The translations under genes were made by a program, and so were the position numbers. The notes beneath the pieces are model-generated. The model saw nothing but the letters and a program-made list of their open reading frames with translations. It was not told the origin of the DNA and ran no database searches. Below, one piece after another: positions 1 to 10,697 of a DNA stretch of 64,000 nt (position 1 is its first letter; the number at the start of each line of letters is the position of its first letter). Source of the stretch: an uncultured Flavobacteriales bacterium (lineage in GTDB: Bacteria; Bacteroidota; Bacteroidia; Flavobacteriales; BACL11); assembly GCA_913031595.1 (NCBI GenBank), contig CAJWCP010000002.1, positions 23 through 64,022 of the forward strand. Direction: 5' to 3'.

Positions 1-147
1 GCCAATTGCAATTACTTCTCCAGTTCTTACATTTTTAGCGACAATAGAAGGCTCATCTACTACCACCTTATCATTATGAATTATTAATGTATTTGCAGTG
101 CCTAAATCAATAGCAATAGCTTCTTGCATAAAGTCGAAAAGTCCCAT
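1..147 (-). CDS. mreB: Rod shape-determining protein MreB, N-terminal 49 codons only (gene runs off the left edge)
   Basis: The reverse complement reads MGLFDFMQEAIAIDLGTANTLIIHNDKVVVDEPSIVAKNVRTGEVIAIG. This is a typical MreB N-terminus with the actin-fold DLGTANT motif. It lies 11 nt downstream of purH on the same strand. Confidence 0.85.
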   Translation of the reverse strand, partial: MGLFDFMQEAIAIDLGTANTLIIHNDKVVVDEPSIVAKNVRTGEVIAIG

Positions 148-158
148 AATTTTTATTT

Positions 159-1682
159 TTAATGTTTAAAATGTCTAATTCCTGTTAAAACCATACTCAT
201 ATTATGTTGATCACAATAATCAATTGAAAGATTGTCTTTTATTGATCCGCCTGGTTGTATTACCGTTTTTACACCTTCATTATTAGCAAGTTCTACACAG
301 TCTGGAAAAGGGAAGAAGGCATCAGAAGCCATTACAGCTCCATTTAAATTAAATCCAAAATTATTTGCTTTCTCAATAGCTTGTTTTAAGGCATCTACTC
401 TAGAAGTTTGTCCTACACCACTAGCAAGCAACTGTTTCTCCTTTACAAATACAATTGTATTTGATTTCGTGTGTTTGCAAACTTTTGATGCAAATATAAG
501 ATCTTCTAATTGTGAATGACTAGGAGTCATTTTTGTGACAATTTTCATATCATCTATAGAGTCAGTTGTTAAATCCTTATCTTGATATAATACTCCATTT
601 AGTGCTGTTCGGAATTGTATTTTTGGCAGTTTTATTTTATTTTGTTGTAGTAAAACTCTATTTTTCTTTTCTTTTAAAATTTTTAATGAATCAATAGAGA
701 AAGAAGGGGCAATTAACACTTCATAGAATAGATTGTTTATTTCTTTAGCAGTTTCTAGATTAACTTCTTTATTTGTGACAAGTACTCCACCAAACGCAGA
801 AATTGGATCTCCAGCTAGGGCGTCCTTCCACGCATCAATTAGTTTTTCTCGACTAGCTATTCCGCATGTGTTATTATGTTTTAGCACTGCAAATGTGGTT
901 TCATTAAACTCTCCTATTAAGCTGACAGCAGCATCTATATCTAGAAGATTATTATACGAAAGTTCTTTCCCACTTAGTTGTGTAAACATATCATCTAGAT
1001 TGCCATAAAATATCCCAGATTGATGAGGGTTTTCTCCATATCGTAATTCTTTTTTTTCGTTTATACTTACTTTAAATGATTTTTTAATATCATTATTAAA
1101 GTAATTAAAGATAACAGTATCATAATTTGATGAAATATTAAAGGCATGAGCTGCAAATTTTTTCCTCTCTTCTATACTTGTTGTAGCATTATTACTATTT
1201 AATATTTTTAGGAGTTCATTATATTGATCCATCTCCGATATAATAAGTACATCTTTAAAGTTTTTTGCAGCAGCACGAATAAGAGAGATTCCACCAATAT
1301 CAATCTTCTCAATAATTTCTTCTTCAGAAGATTTGGATGCAACTGTTTTTTCGAAAGGATATAGGTCAACTATTACTAAATCAAACTCAGGAATATTATA
1401 TTTTTCTAATTGTATTTGATCATCGTCTAATTCTCTTCTTGCAAGTATTCCTCCAAAAACATTTGGATGCAAAGTTTTTACTCTGCCACCTAAAATAGAA
1501 GGAAATCCTGTTAAATCTTCTACTTTATTTACTGAGATTTTTTGGGCTTCTATAAATTCTTGTGTGCCTCCAGTTGAATATATATTTATTCCTAATTCAT
1601 TAAGTTTTTGAACAATAGGGGCAAGACCTTCTTTATGAAAGACAGAAATTAATGCATTTTTAATGGTTCTTTTTTCAGACAT
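159..1682 (-). CDS. purH: Bifunctional AICAR transformylase / IMP cyclohydrolase
   Basis: 507 aa. N-terminal MGS-like cyclohydrolase region (ALISVFHKEGL, STGGT) followed by a long AICARFT domain ending GIRHFKH. Confidence 0.95.
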   Translation of the reverse strand: MSEKRTIKNALISVFHKEGLAPIVQKLNELGINIYSTGGTQEFIEAQKISVNKVEDLTGFPSILGGRVKTLHPNVFGGILARRELDDDQIQLEKYNIPEFDLVIVDLYPFEKTVASKSSEEEIIEKIDIGGISLIRAAAKNFKDVLIISEMDQYNELLKILNSNNATTSIEERKKFAAHAFNISSNYDTVIFNYFNNDIKKSFKVSINEKKELRYGENPHQSGIFYGNLDDMFTQLSGKELSYNNLLDIDAAVSLIGEFNETTFAVLKHNNTCGIASREKLIDAWKDALAGDPISAFGGVLVTNKEVNLETAKEINNLFYEVLIAPSFSIDSLKILKEKKNRVLLQQNKIKLPKIQFRTALNGVLYQDKDLTTDSIDDMKIVTKMTPSHSQLEDLIFASKVCKHTKSNTIVFVKEKQLLASGVGQTSRVDALKQAIEKANNFGFNLNGAVMASDAFFPFPDCVELANNEGVKTVIQPGGSIKDNLSIDYCDQHNMSMVLTGIRHFKH

Positions 1683-1800
1683 TATTTATTTTATTGCTTA
1701 TGCAATTTTACTTAAAAGCTAGAGGAATTAGGCTATCTATTAAGTTAAAAATATAAATTGTTAATAAGTCACTTTATATTGTTGACTAACTAGATGAAAA

Positions 1801-4800
1801 TTAAATTATTTCCTGACAAATAATTAGGCTTTCCTTTATACTCTTAACGTTCTGGATTTTTATAGATAACTTTCCTTTCTTCTCTGTCATTTCACAGTTT
1901 TGAAAATTAGACTTTAGATATTTAAGTATCTTTTGGAATGTTTTAGAATTGTAATACAGAGAATTATCTTCTTCAGGCAGATAAACTTGCATCTTATTAT
2001 TCTTAAGAATTATACGTTCAAAACCTATTTCTTTTGCTATCCATTTTAATCTAATGGCATTAAATAGATTATATATACTTTTTGGAATAGGACCAAATCG
2101 GTCAATTAATCTATTTATAAATTCATTTATTTCTTCTTCTTTTTTGAGAGTGTTTAGCTCTTTATATAGATTTAGTCTTTCACTAATATTGCTCACATAT
2201 TTTTCAGGGATAACAATTTCTAGATCAGTATCTAATTGACAATCTTTTGTATAGAAATTGAGTTTTTTGTTTTTGAATAATTCTTCAAATTTTTCTTTTT
2301 TTAGTTCTTCTATTGCGTCATTTAATATTTTTTGATAAGTCTCAAAACCTATGTTGTTTATAAAACCAGATTGATCAGCTCCTAATAGATCTCCAGCACC
2401 TCTAATATCTAAATCACGCATTGCAATTTTAAAGCCACTTCCTAGGTTCGAAAATTGTTCTAGTGCTATTAGTCTCTTTCTGCTTTCTGTAGAAATAGTA
2501 TGTAAAGGAGGACTTATTAAATAGCAGAATGCTTTTTTGTTAGAACGCCCAACTCTTCCTCGCATTTGATGTAAATCACTTAGGCCAAAGTTTTGAGCAT
2601 TATTAATTATGATTGTATTTGCATTTGGTACATCTACTCCATTTTCAATAATAGTGGTAGATACTAAAACATCAAAATCTCCTTCAATAAAATCAATCAT
2701 TAATTCTTCGAGCTCTTTTCCTTTCATTTTTCCGTGTCCTATTTTGATTTTTGCATTTGGGCAAAGTCCCTGAATGAGTCCAGTAATTTCTTTTATATTA
2801 TCTATTCTGTTGTGTACAAAATATACTTGGCCATTTCTTGCCATTTCATAACTAATAGCATCTCTAATGGTTATTTGGTTCATACCTACAATCTTTGTTT
2901 CCACTGATTGTCTGTTGGGAGGCGGAGTATTAATTATAGACAGATCTCTTGCTCCTAAAAGTGAGAATTGAAGAGTTCTAGGTATTGGTGTTGCACTCAA
3001 TGTTAACGTATCAACATTTTCTTTTAATAATTTAATTTGATCTTTAATACTTACACCAAATTTTTGTTCTTCATCAATAATTAATAGCCCTAAGTCAAGA
3101 AAATGGATATCTTTCCCTACTATTCTATGTGTACCTATAAGTATATCAATTTCCCCTCTACTTAATTTCTTAATTGTTGTTTTTTGTTCTTTTTGAGTTT
3201 TAAAGCGACTGATGTAGTCTATTGTACATGGAAAATCATTCAATCTTTTTTTAAAGGTTTTGAAATGCTGTAGTGCTAGTATAGTTGTAGGAACTAAAAC
3301 AGCTACTTGCTTATTGTCTGTTACAGCTTTGAATGCAGCCCGTATTGCAATTTCAGTTTTGCCAAAACCAACATCTCCACATACTAACCTATCCATTGGC
3401 ACTTCCTTTTCCATGTCTCTTTTTATATCTTCAGTTGCTTTATTTTGATCTATAGTGTCTTCATAAATAAATGAGGCCTCTAGCTCATGTTGCAAATAAG
3501 TGTCTGGTGTATATGCAAATCCTTTTTTTAGTTTTCTTTTAGCATAAAGCTTAATCAAATCAAATGCAATTTGTTTTATTTTTGTTTTTACCTTTTCTTT
3601 TGTTTTTTTCCATATAGGAGACCCTATTTGACTTATTTTTGGCTCCATTCCCTCTTTTGCGGAGAATTTTGCAATCTTATGTAGGGAGTGTATACTAACA
3701 TACAGTATATCTCCATCCTTATATGTTAACTTGATCACTTCCTGAGGGGCACCATTATTTTCAATTTTATGTAATCCTTCAAATCTTCCAATCCCATGAT
3801 CTATGTGTGTAACAAAATCTCCTACTTCTAAGGAGTTAATTTGCTTTATTGTGATAGCCTGATTATTAGTAGATTTTATTCTTGATTTGAATTTGTAATA
3901 TCTATCAAAGATCTGATGATCTGTATAAACAGCCTGTTTATTTGTGTAGTCAATAAAGCCTTCATGTAATGAGAAGAGGACACATCGATAGTTTAAATTT
4001 TCTTGATTATGATCAAAAATTGATTTTAGCCTTTGCTCTTGCTCTTCTGAGGAACAGAGAATAATATTTTCCAATCCTTCTTCTTGGTTTCTTTTTAAAT
4101 CATCTTTTAATAGGTTAAATTGTTTATTGAATCTTGTTAAGGGAGAGGTGTTAATTTTAATATGTTTTTTAGAGGTGAAAAACGTTTTTTTATTGTGTTC
4201 AATTACTGAGAATTCGTTTAAGTTTTTTATAAATTCTTTTCCATTAGTAAATAGCTGTTCTGGCTTTAAATGCTTAATTTTATTACTAGAAATTTGTGTG
4301 TATTCTTTACTTGCTTTTGTAAAGTGATTTGAAATTATTTCTTTTGTAAAATCGACATCTTTTATCCAGAGCACAGTACTTTTTGGTAAATATTCTAAAA
4401 AAGTTACTTGAGAATGTATATTTTTTTTTGCTTCAGTATTTGGAATGATTATAATATCATTTTTAGTGTTTATAGATAATTGATTATTAATATCAAATGT
4501 TCTAATACTTTCAATTTTATCATTATAAAATTCTATTCGATAAGGATGTTCGGTACCATAAGAGTATACATCAATAATTCCTCCTCTTACAGAGTATTGA
4601 CCAGCTTCAATTACAAAATCTACTTTTTTAAAATTAAGGTTTTCTAGCATTAAATCTATCTCTTCAAGTAAAGCAGTATCATGGTTTTTTAATTTAATTG
4701 TATGTTTTGTTAATTCTTTCCTGCTAATAACTTTTTCTGATAGAGCTTCAGAATAAGTTACGATAATAGGATTTCTTTTATTATTAAGTTTATTGAGAAC

Positions 4801-5115
4801 TTCTGCTCTTAGTAGTATGTTAGCATTGTCTGTTTCTTCTATTTGATAGGGTCTTCTATATGATGCGGGGAAAAAAAATATTTCGTTCTTTAGTAAACTT
4901 TCAATATCATTTATAAAATAAGAAGCAGACTCTTTGTCTCTAAATATAAAAAGGTGTGGCGTTTTACTTGTTTGAGTTATAGCACTTGCAGTTATAGAAA
5001 ATGAAGAGCCAGTTAAGCCAGTTAATTGGATTTTTGTTTTCTTATTTTCTAATTCTGACTTTAGAGATTTAGTTTGTTTTGGAATTCCAAAATAAGATAT
5101 GAGAGGAGCTAGCAA
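1801..5115 (-). CDS. mfd: Transcription-repair coupling factor
   Basis: 1104 aa. Contains a CarD/TRCF RNAP-interaction segment (GDFVTHIDHGIGRF), SF2 helicase motifs (GDVGFGKTE, IIDEEQKFG) and a C-terminal TRCF domain. Confidence 0.95.
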   Translation of the reverse strand: MLAPLISYFGIPKQTKSLKSELENKKTKIQLTGLTGSSFSITASAITQTSKTPHLFIFRDKESASYFINDIESLLKNEIFFFPASYRRPYQIEETDNANILLRAEVLNKLNNKRNPIIVTYSEALSEKVISRKELTKHTIKLKNHDTALLEEIDLMLENLNFKKVDFVIEAGQYSVRGGIIDVYSYGTEHPYRIEFYNDKIESIRTFDINNQLSINTKNDIIIIPNTEAKKNIHSQVTFLEYLPKSTVLWIKDVDFTKEIISNHFTKASKEYTQISSNKIKHLKPEQLFTNGKEFIKNLNEFSVIEHNKKTFFTSKKHIKINTSPLTRFNKQFNLLKDDLKRNQEEGLENIILCSSEEQEQRLKSIFDHNQENLNYRCVLFSLHEGFIDYTNKQAVYTDHQIFDRYYKFKSRIKSTNNQAITIKQINSLEVGDFVTHIDHGIGRFEGLHKIENNGAPQEVIKLTYKDGDILYVSIHSLHKIAKFSAKEGMEPKISQIGSPIWKKTKEKVKTKIKQIAFDLIKLYAKRKLKKGFAYTPDTYLQHELEASFIYEDTIDQNKATEDIKRDMEKEVPMDRLVCGDVGFGKTEIAIRAAFKAVTDNKQVAVLVPTTILALQHFKTFKKRLNDFPCTIDYISRFKTQKEQKTTIKKLSRGEIDILIGTHRIVGKDIHFLDLGLLIIDEEQKFGVSIKDQIKLLKENVDTLTLSATPIPRTLQFSLLGARDLSIINTPPPNRQSVETKIVGMNQITIRDAISYEMARNGQVYFVHNRIDNIKEITGLIQGLCPNAKIKIGHGKMKGKELEELMIDFIEGDFDVLVSTTIIENGVDVPNANTIIINNAQNFGLSDLHQMRGRVGRSNKKAFCYLISPPLHTISTESRKRLIALEQFSNLGSGFKIAMRDLDIRGAGDLLGADQSGFINNIGFETYQKILNDAIEELKKEKFEELFKNKKLNFYTKDCQLDTDLEIVIPEKYVSNISERLNLYKELNTLKKEEEINEFINRLIDRFGPIPKSIYNLFNAIRLKWIAKEIGFERIILKNNKMQVYLPEEDNSLYYNSKTFQKILKYLKSNFQNCEMTEKKGKLSIKIQNVKSIKESLIICQEII

Positions 5116-5121
5116 CTTTAA

Positions 5122-6312
5122 TTAAATTGCGTGTATTTCATCTATCATCTCTTGATACCATTTTTGATTAATATCAAATTTCTTTCCTCCTTTAATCTTA
5201 TCAAAATCAATACATCCTATTTTGTTATTATTTGTTTCATCAAAGCCAATTACTCCATTTATTCCATTTATTGCATTTTTAACAGCATGGATACATGTTT
5301 CAAAAATCAAATCTAAATCTTTTTTATTGGCTTTTGCGGATCTTGCAAAATAACCGCTTTTTTGTACTAACACTTTATTTGCTTTTAATTTCAATCCTAA
5401 TTCTTTAGCAAACCATTTGCCAGGATTTAGATCATCTAATCTTACATGGCCAAAAGCATCTGTTAGTATTTCTTGTCCTATTTTCTTTTTTTCTTGAATT
5501 ATTGTTTCTATTCCTGCTCCTTCGCTTAGAAATATGTTGACACAATCATACTTATCCATTATCTTTTTTAAGCGGACAGCTTCTTTTTCAAAATTTATTT
5601 TTATTTCTGGTAAGAATATTGCATGTATATCCCATTTTTCCTTTACAATATTTAATTCTGGTATAAAATGGTTGCTATTTAATTTCTTTCTGTATTCTAA
5701 TGCTGTTGCAGCGGCTAACCAACCACAGTTTCTTCCCATAATTTCATGAATAATTAATTGTCTGTCAGAGGTTGTATTTTCATTAATAATATTTTCAAAA
5801 AATATAGCACCTTGTTCTGCTGCTGACCAAGCGCCAAGTGTTTGATTAATTGGAAATACGTCATTGTCAATTGTTTTTGGTAATCCAACTACAGTTAAGT
5901 TATAGTTGTTTTCCTTTAGGTATTTTGATAATTCAGCCGCAGTAGTATTTGTATCGTCCCCTCCAATTGTATGTAAAATAGTGACATTGTCTTTGACTAA
6001 TTGCTTAGCAGCAATTTCTAAAGGATTTTCGCTTTTTTTTATATAACCTTTTTCTATACAATCGGTAATATTAGTGAGTTTTACTCTACTGTTACCTAAT
6101 GGAGATCCTCCAAAATAGTAGAATCTATTTATATTATTTTTTAATGATTTTGGGATTCTAACAGATTTTCCGGTTAGAAGACCTTTATATCCATTAAGAT
6201 AGCCTATGATCTCTATTTCAGGATGATGCTGAAGGTAAATTTCAGTTAATTTACCAATTGCTGCTGAAAGACACGGAGCAATACCCCCTGAAGTAAGAAA
6301 TGCAACTTTCAT
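5122..6312 (-). CDS. pfp: Pyrophosphate-dependent 6-phosphofructokinase (PFK family)
   Basis: 396 aa PFK fold. It has GGDDT and PKTIDND signatures. Asp after GGD and Lys in PKTIDND are the residues associated with PPi rather than ATP use. Confidence 0.8.
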   Translation of the reverse strand: MKVAFLTSGGIAPCLSAAIGKLTEIYLQHHPEIEIIGYLNGYKGLLTGKSVRIPKSLKNNINRFYYFGGSPLGNSRVKLTNITDCIEKGYIKKSENPLEIAAKQLVKDNVTILHTIGGDDTNTTAAELSKYLKENNYNLTVVGLPKTIDNDVFPINQTLGAWSAAEQGAIFFENIINENTTSDRQLIIHEIMGRNCGWLAAATALEYRKKLNSNHFIPELNIVKEKWDIHAIFLPEIKINFEKEAVRLKKIMDKYDCVNIFLSEGAGIETIIQEKKKIGQEILTDAFGHVRLDDLNPGKWFAKELGLKLKANKVLVQKSGYFARSAKANKKDLDLIFETCIHAVKNAINGINGVIGFDETNNNKIGCIDFDKIKGGKKFDINQKWYQEMIDEIHAI

Positions 6313-6407
6313 TTTATTAATAACTTGTTAAATGCAAATATCGAAAATTTAATAAGATTCTTTGAGAAAATAATTCTTTACTTTGCCATTATATTAATTT
6401 TAGATTA

Positions 6408-7676
6408 ATGACAACAGTATTTAAGTTTGGGGGAGCTTCAATAAAAGATGTTAATAGTATCATACATATTAGCAATTTTCTTAAAGAAGGAACTCATGAT
6501 AATCTTTTTATTGTTTTCTCTGCTATGGGAAAAGTAACAAATATGCTTGAAGATATAGTAGATGCGTATGTTATTAATTCTAAAGATTTAAGTGTGCTTG
6601 TTGAACAAGTTAAGTTGTTTCATTATAACATAATGGAAGGTCTTTTTGAAGAAGAAGAATTAATTTTTGATGAAGTAAATAATGTGTTTGTAGAGTTAGA
6701 TTGGATTCTTGAAGAAGAGCCATATAATAATTATTCTTATAATTATGATCAGATTGTATCTTTAGGAGAAATACTCTCTACAAAAATTATGAGTCAATAT
6801 TTGCGAAAAATAGGTTATGATCATAAATGGATTGATGCTCGAGATATTATTCGTACTGATAATACATTTCGGGATGCAAAGATTGATTGGAAGCAAACAA
6901 CTACATTAATTAATAAAAAGGTAAAATCAGGCATCTATTTAACACAAGGGTTTATTGGATCAACTTCTGAGAATTTTACAACCACATTAGGGAGAGAAGG
7001 ATCTGATTTTACTGCTGCAATATTAGCTTTTTCATTAGAGGCTAAAGAAGTAGTAATATGGAAAGATGTGCCAGGCATGATGAATGCAGATCCTAGATAT
7101 TTTAAGAATGCAGAATTACTTCCAAACGTTTCTTATGATGAGGCTATAGAATTAGCATTTTTTGGAGCAAAAGTTATTCATCCTAAGACTATTCAACCAT
7201 TAAAGAAGAAGAATATCCCCTTATTTATAAAATCATTTATTAATATATTAAATAAAGGGACTTTAATTAAAGATAAAATGGATTTAGCTTCTTTATATCC
7301 ATCTTATATAGTTAAAGAGAATCAAATTTTACTTTCTATTTCTGATCCAGAATTATCATTTATTGTAGAGGAACATATGAGTCAAATCTTTTCATTACTT
7401 GCATTACATTCAGTAAGAGTAAATATGATGCAGAATTCTGCTGTTTCATTTTCAATATGCATAGATAATGATAAATACAGGGTGCCTTTACTTATTGCTG
7501 GTTTACAAAAGGACTTCAAAGTATCCTATAATCAGCAGTTAACTTTATATACAGTGCGTCATTATAAAAAAGAGGACTTAGATATTTTATTGCGTAATAA
7601 GAAAATTTTATTAGAGCAAAAATCTAGAAATACAATTCAGATTATTGCATTTGAAGAGGATTATACTAAGGCATAA
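6408..7676 (+). CDS. lysC: Aspartate kinase (monofunctional)
   Basis: 422 aa. Amino-acid kinase fold starting VFKFGGASI, with GREGSDFTAA and a C-terminal ACT-like regulatory region. Confidence 0.85.
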   Translation: MTTVFKFGGASIKDVNSIIHISNFLKEGTHDNLFIVFSAMGKVTNMLEDIVDAYVINSKDLSVLVEQVKLFHYNIMEGLFEEEELIFDEVNNVFVELDWILEEEPYNNYSYNYDQIVSLGEILSTKIMSQYLRKIGYDHKWIDARDIIRTDNTFRDAKIDWKQTTTLINKKVKSGIYLTQGFIGSTSENFTTTLGREGSDFTAAILAFSLEAKEVVIWKDVPGMMNADPRYFKNAELLPNVSYDEAIELAFFGAKVIHPKTIQPLKKKNIPLFIKSFINILNKGTLIKDKMDLASLYPSYIVKENQILLSISDPELSFIVEEHMSQIFSLLALHSVRVNMMQNSAVSFSICIDNDKYRVPLLIAGLQKDFKVSYNQQLTLYTVRHYKKEDLDILLRNKKILLEQKSRNTIQIIAFEEDYTKA

Positions 7677-8596
7677 TTTTTTGTAATTTTTTCAAATAAA
7701 ACCTTTGCGATTTTATAATTACTTTCTTGCGTCCATCCTGCAATATGAGGAGATAATATGACATTTGTTGATTTTACTAACCTTTTTATGTTTTGATCCA
7801 GCCCTTTTTCTTTTGATAACTCTGTAAATGATTCTTTTTCATTTTCTAAGACATCTAGACAGGCTCCTAGTATTTTTTTTGTCTTCAGACCATTAACTAA
7901 ACTTTTGGTGCATACGCATTTTCCTCTGGCTGTATTAATGATATAAATAGGTTTTTTAAATTTTTTAATAAATAAGTCATTGACTAGAAAAGTTGTCTCT
8001 TTTGTTAGAGGTATATGTAGGCTTATAATATTAGCCTGATTATAAATTTGACGCATTGTGCTTTGATATGGATATTTTGATAAATATTTATCATAAGCTA
8101 GTATTTTAACTTCAAAAGGTTTTAATAGTTTAGCTAATCTAGAACCTGTATTCCCAAACCCTATTATTGCAATCGTTTTACCTGATAACTCAACTCCTCT
8201 ATTTGTTTCTCTTTTCCATATTCCTTTTCTTACTTCATTATTTGTCTTATTGATATTGTTTAGTAACATGAGTAGCATCCCAAGGGCATGTTCTGCAACA
8301 GATTGACTGTTCGCGTTTCCTGAGTTAAAACATTTAATTCTTTTTTTCTTCAGATATTTTATGTCAATATTTTCTGTTCCTACTCCTGCTCTAGCAATAA
8401 ATTTTAATTTTTTCGCTTTATCAATGAATTTTTTATCAATAGAGAATTTACTTCTAATGACAATCCCCTCGTATCTTTTGATTATCTGTTCAATTTCTTC
8501 TTTGTTTTTTTTATACGCTATGTCGCAGATGTATTTTTTTTCTTCTAATGTCTTTTTTAAGAAAGGATGGACGGTATCAATGAATAAAATTTTCAT
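7661..8596 (-). CDS. D-isomer-specific 2-hydroxyacid dehydrogenase (phosphoglycerate dehydrogenase-like)
   Basis: NAD-binding GFGNTGSRLA motif and the conserved HIAGWT catalytic His region. Start moved to MKILFIDTV (8596), which removes the overlap with the mgtE stop at 8598. Confidence 0.8.
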   Translation of the reverse strand: MKILFIDTVHPFLKKTLEEKKYICDIAYKKNKEEIEQIIKRYEGIVIRSKFSIDKKFIDKAKKLKFIARAGVGTENIDIKYLKKKRIKCFNSGNANSQSVAEHALGMLLMLLNNINKTNNEVRKGIWKRETNRGVELSGKTIAIIGFGNTGSRLAKLLKPFEVKILAYDKYLSKYPYQSTMRQIYNQANIISLHIPLTKETTFLVNDLFIKKFKKPIYIINTARGKCVCTKSLVNGLKTKKILGACLDVLENEKESFTELSKEKGLDQNIKRLVKSTNVILSPHIAGWTQESNYKIAKVLFEKITKNYALV

Positions 8597-8597
8597 A

Positions 8598-9947
8598 TTA
8601 GAAAATAGCTTGACCAATAAGAAAATATATAAACAATCCTAATACATCATTAATAGTAGTAATAAAAGGTCCTGTCGCAAGAGCAGGATCTATATTATAT
8701 TTTTCCAAGGTAAGAGGAATAAAGGTGCCAAATAGAGCAGCGAATATAATTACTGCTAATAAGGAAATACTTACAGTGAGACTTAATTCATTTCCATAGC
8801 CTAACATAATTGTGCTTACCAATATAATGAATGAACATATTAGCCCATTTAGAAGACCTACGGCTAGTTCTTTTGTTAATTTATGGAAAGTATCCTTTGT
8901 GTTTAGAGAATTATTTGCAAGTCCTTGTACTACTATTGCTGCTGATTGGACCCCTACATTACCTCCCATTGCTGCAATTAGAGGGATAAAGAATGCTAGC
9001 TCAAAATTTTTCTGAATATCAAATATGCCTATAATTTCTGCTCCAATTACACCACCAATCATTCCAATTAATAGCCAAGGTAATCTTGCTCTTGTGAGAG
9101 TCCATACACTATCGCTGCTTTCTACATCTTCCGTAATTCCAGATGCCATTTGGTAGTCCTTTTCTGCTTCTTCTTTCACAACATCCATTACATCATCTAT
9201 TGTTATTCTTCCAAGCAATTTATTGTTTTGATCAACAACAGGTAGTACTACTAAATCATACTTATTCATTATGTTTGCAACGTTTTGATTATTCTCAGTT
9301 GCTTTTGTAGATATAATATCAGAGTTAATTATTTTTTTCACAGGCATATTTGTTTCAGTTAATAATAATCTCTTTAATGATAAAGAACCAAGTAATTTTT
9401 CATTGTCATCTACAACATAAATAGTATGTACTTTTTTTATGTTTTTTGCTTGTTTTCGCATTTCTCTTAGACATATTAGAGTATTCCAATTTTGATTTAC
9501 TTTAATTAGTTCTTTTGCCATTAGTCCTCCAGCTGTGTCTTCAGGATATGCTAAAAGATCTGATATATTACTTGCATATTCTGTATCTTCGATATGAGAG
9601 AGGACTTCTTCTTGTTTTTTTTCAGATAATTCACCTATTAAATCTGCAGCATCATCTGATTCTAGATTTTCGATTACCTCTTCTGCAATTTCTTTTGCAG
9701 ATAATGCAGCTAATAAATCTTCCCGAAGATTGTCATCTATTTCTAATAGTATTTCAGCTGACTTTTCTTCATCAAGTATTTGGTAAATGAATTGAGCCTC
9801 GTTTAAGGAGACCTTTTCAAGAATTTCTGCAATATCAGCGGAATGCAATTCGTTAATAAGCTCTTTAACCTTACTAATATTATTCTTATTAACAGCAGAG
9901 CTTAATTTTTTTATGAATTTTAGAGTTATTTCTTTTCTTTTTGACAT
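8598..9947 (-). CDS. mgtE: Magnesium transporter MgtE
   Basis: 449 aa. N-terminal MgtE_N domain, tandem CBS domains and a C-terminal 5-TM channel domain (PFITTINDVLG). Confidence 0.95.
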   Translation of the reverse strand: MSKRKEITLKFIKKLSSAVNKNNISKVKELINELHSADIAEILEKVSLNEAQFIYQILDEEKSAEILLEIDDNLREDLLAALSAKEIAEEVIENLESDDAADLIGELSEKKQEEVLSHIEDTEYASNISDLLAYPEDTAGGLMAKELIKVNQNWNTLICLREMRKQAKNIKKVHTIYVVDDNEKLLGSLSLKRLLLTETNMPVKKIINSDIISTKATENNQNVANIMNKYDLVVLPVVDQNNKLLGRITIDDVMDVVKEEAEKDYQMASGITEDVESSDSVWTLTRARLPWLLIGMIGGVIGAEIIGIFDIQKNFELAFFIPLIAAMGGNVGVQSAAIVVQGLANNSLNTKDTFHKLTKELAVGLLNGLICSFIILVSTIMLGYGNELSLTVSISLLAVIIFAALFGTFIPLTLEKYNIDPALATGPFITTINDVLGLFIYFLIGQAIF

Positions 9948-10696
9948 GCTAAAGTAATCTTGATAAAGTCTTCTACTGATAATTCTTCTGCTCTTTTTTT
10001 TAGGAGCACGGTGTTAGCTAACTTACTTTCCAAAGAAAAGGATTTTAAAGCATTTCGCAAAGTTTTACGTCTTTGATTAAAACTAGTCTTTACAATATTG
10101 ATAAATAGATTTTCGCTACATTCTATATTTAGCCGTTTATTTCTTACTAATTTAATGACTCCTGATTTAATTTTAGGGGGAGGATTAAAGACGTTTTCAT
10201 CTACTGTAAAACAATACTCAACATCAAAAAATGCTTGCATTAGTATAGACAAAATTCCTTTTTTCTTTCCTTTCTTTGTTATGATTCTTTCTGCTACTTC
10301 TTTTTGAAACATTCCTATTACTTCTTTGACTTGGTTCTTATTTTCAAACACTTTAAATAATATTTGTGATGAAATGTTGTAAGGAAAGTTACCAATTAAT
10401 GAGAATGAAGAAGGCAGGTTTTTTTTGATATTTATTTTTAAGAAATCATCTTCTATAAGATTTTGATTTAATTTTGGGAATCTATTTTTTAGATAATTTA
10501 CAGATTCACTATCAATTTCTATTATTGTAATGGGTATATTTTTTTGTATTAAGTTTTTTGTTAATACACCCATTCCAGGACCTATCTCAACAATATGTTT
10601 TGAATCATTATTTATTAGATCTGTAATTTTTTTTGCAATATTTTTATCAGTTAAGAAATGTTGTCCTAGATGCTTCTTTGCATGTACACTTCTCAT
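9926..10696 (-). CDS. rsmA: 16S rRNA (adenine1518/1519-N6)-dimethyltransferase
   Basis: 256 aa. Starts KKHLGQHFL, has the SAM motif VEIGPGMG and the NFPYNISS motif. Overlaps mgtE by 22 nt. Confidence 0.95.
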   Translation of the reverse strand: MRSVHAKKHLGQHFLTDKNIAKKITDLINNDSKHIVEIGPGMGVLTKNLIQKNIPITIIEIDSESVNYLKNRFPKLNQNLIEDDFLKINIKKNLPSSFSLIGNFPYNISSQILFKVFENKNQVKEVIGMFQKEVAERIITKKGKKKGILSILMQAFFDVEYCFTVDENVFNPPPKIKSGVIKLVRNKRLNIECSENLFINIVKTSFNQRRKTLRNALKSFSLESKLANTVLLKKRAEELSVEDFIKITLACQKEKK

Positions 10697-10697
10697 A

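Noticed and set aside
6313-6407. Lysine riboswitch upstream of lysC. Likewise an M-box before mgtE and a leader structure before serS or rplU.
   Set aside because: The spacers are only about 20-95 nt and very AT-rich with no conserved helices. mgtE overlaps the preceding gene, so it has no leader at all.
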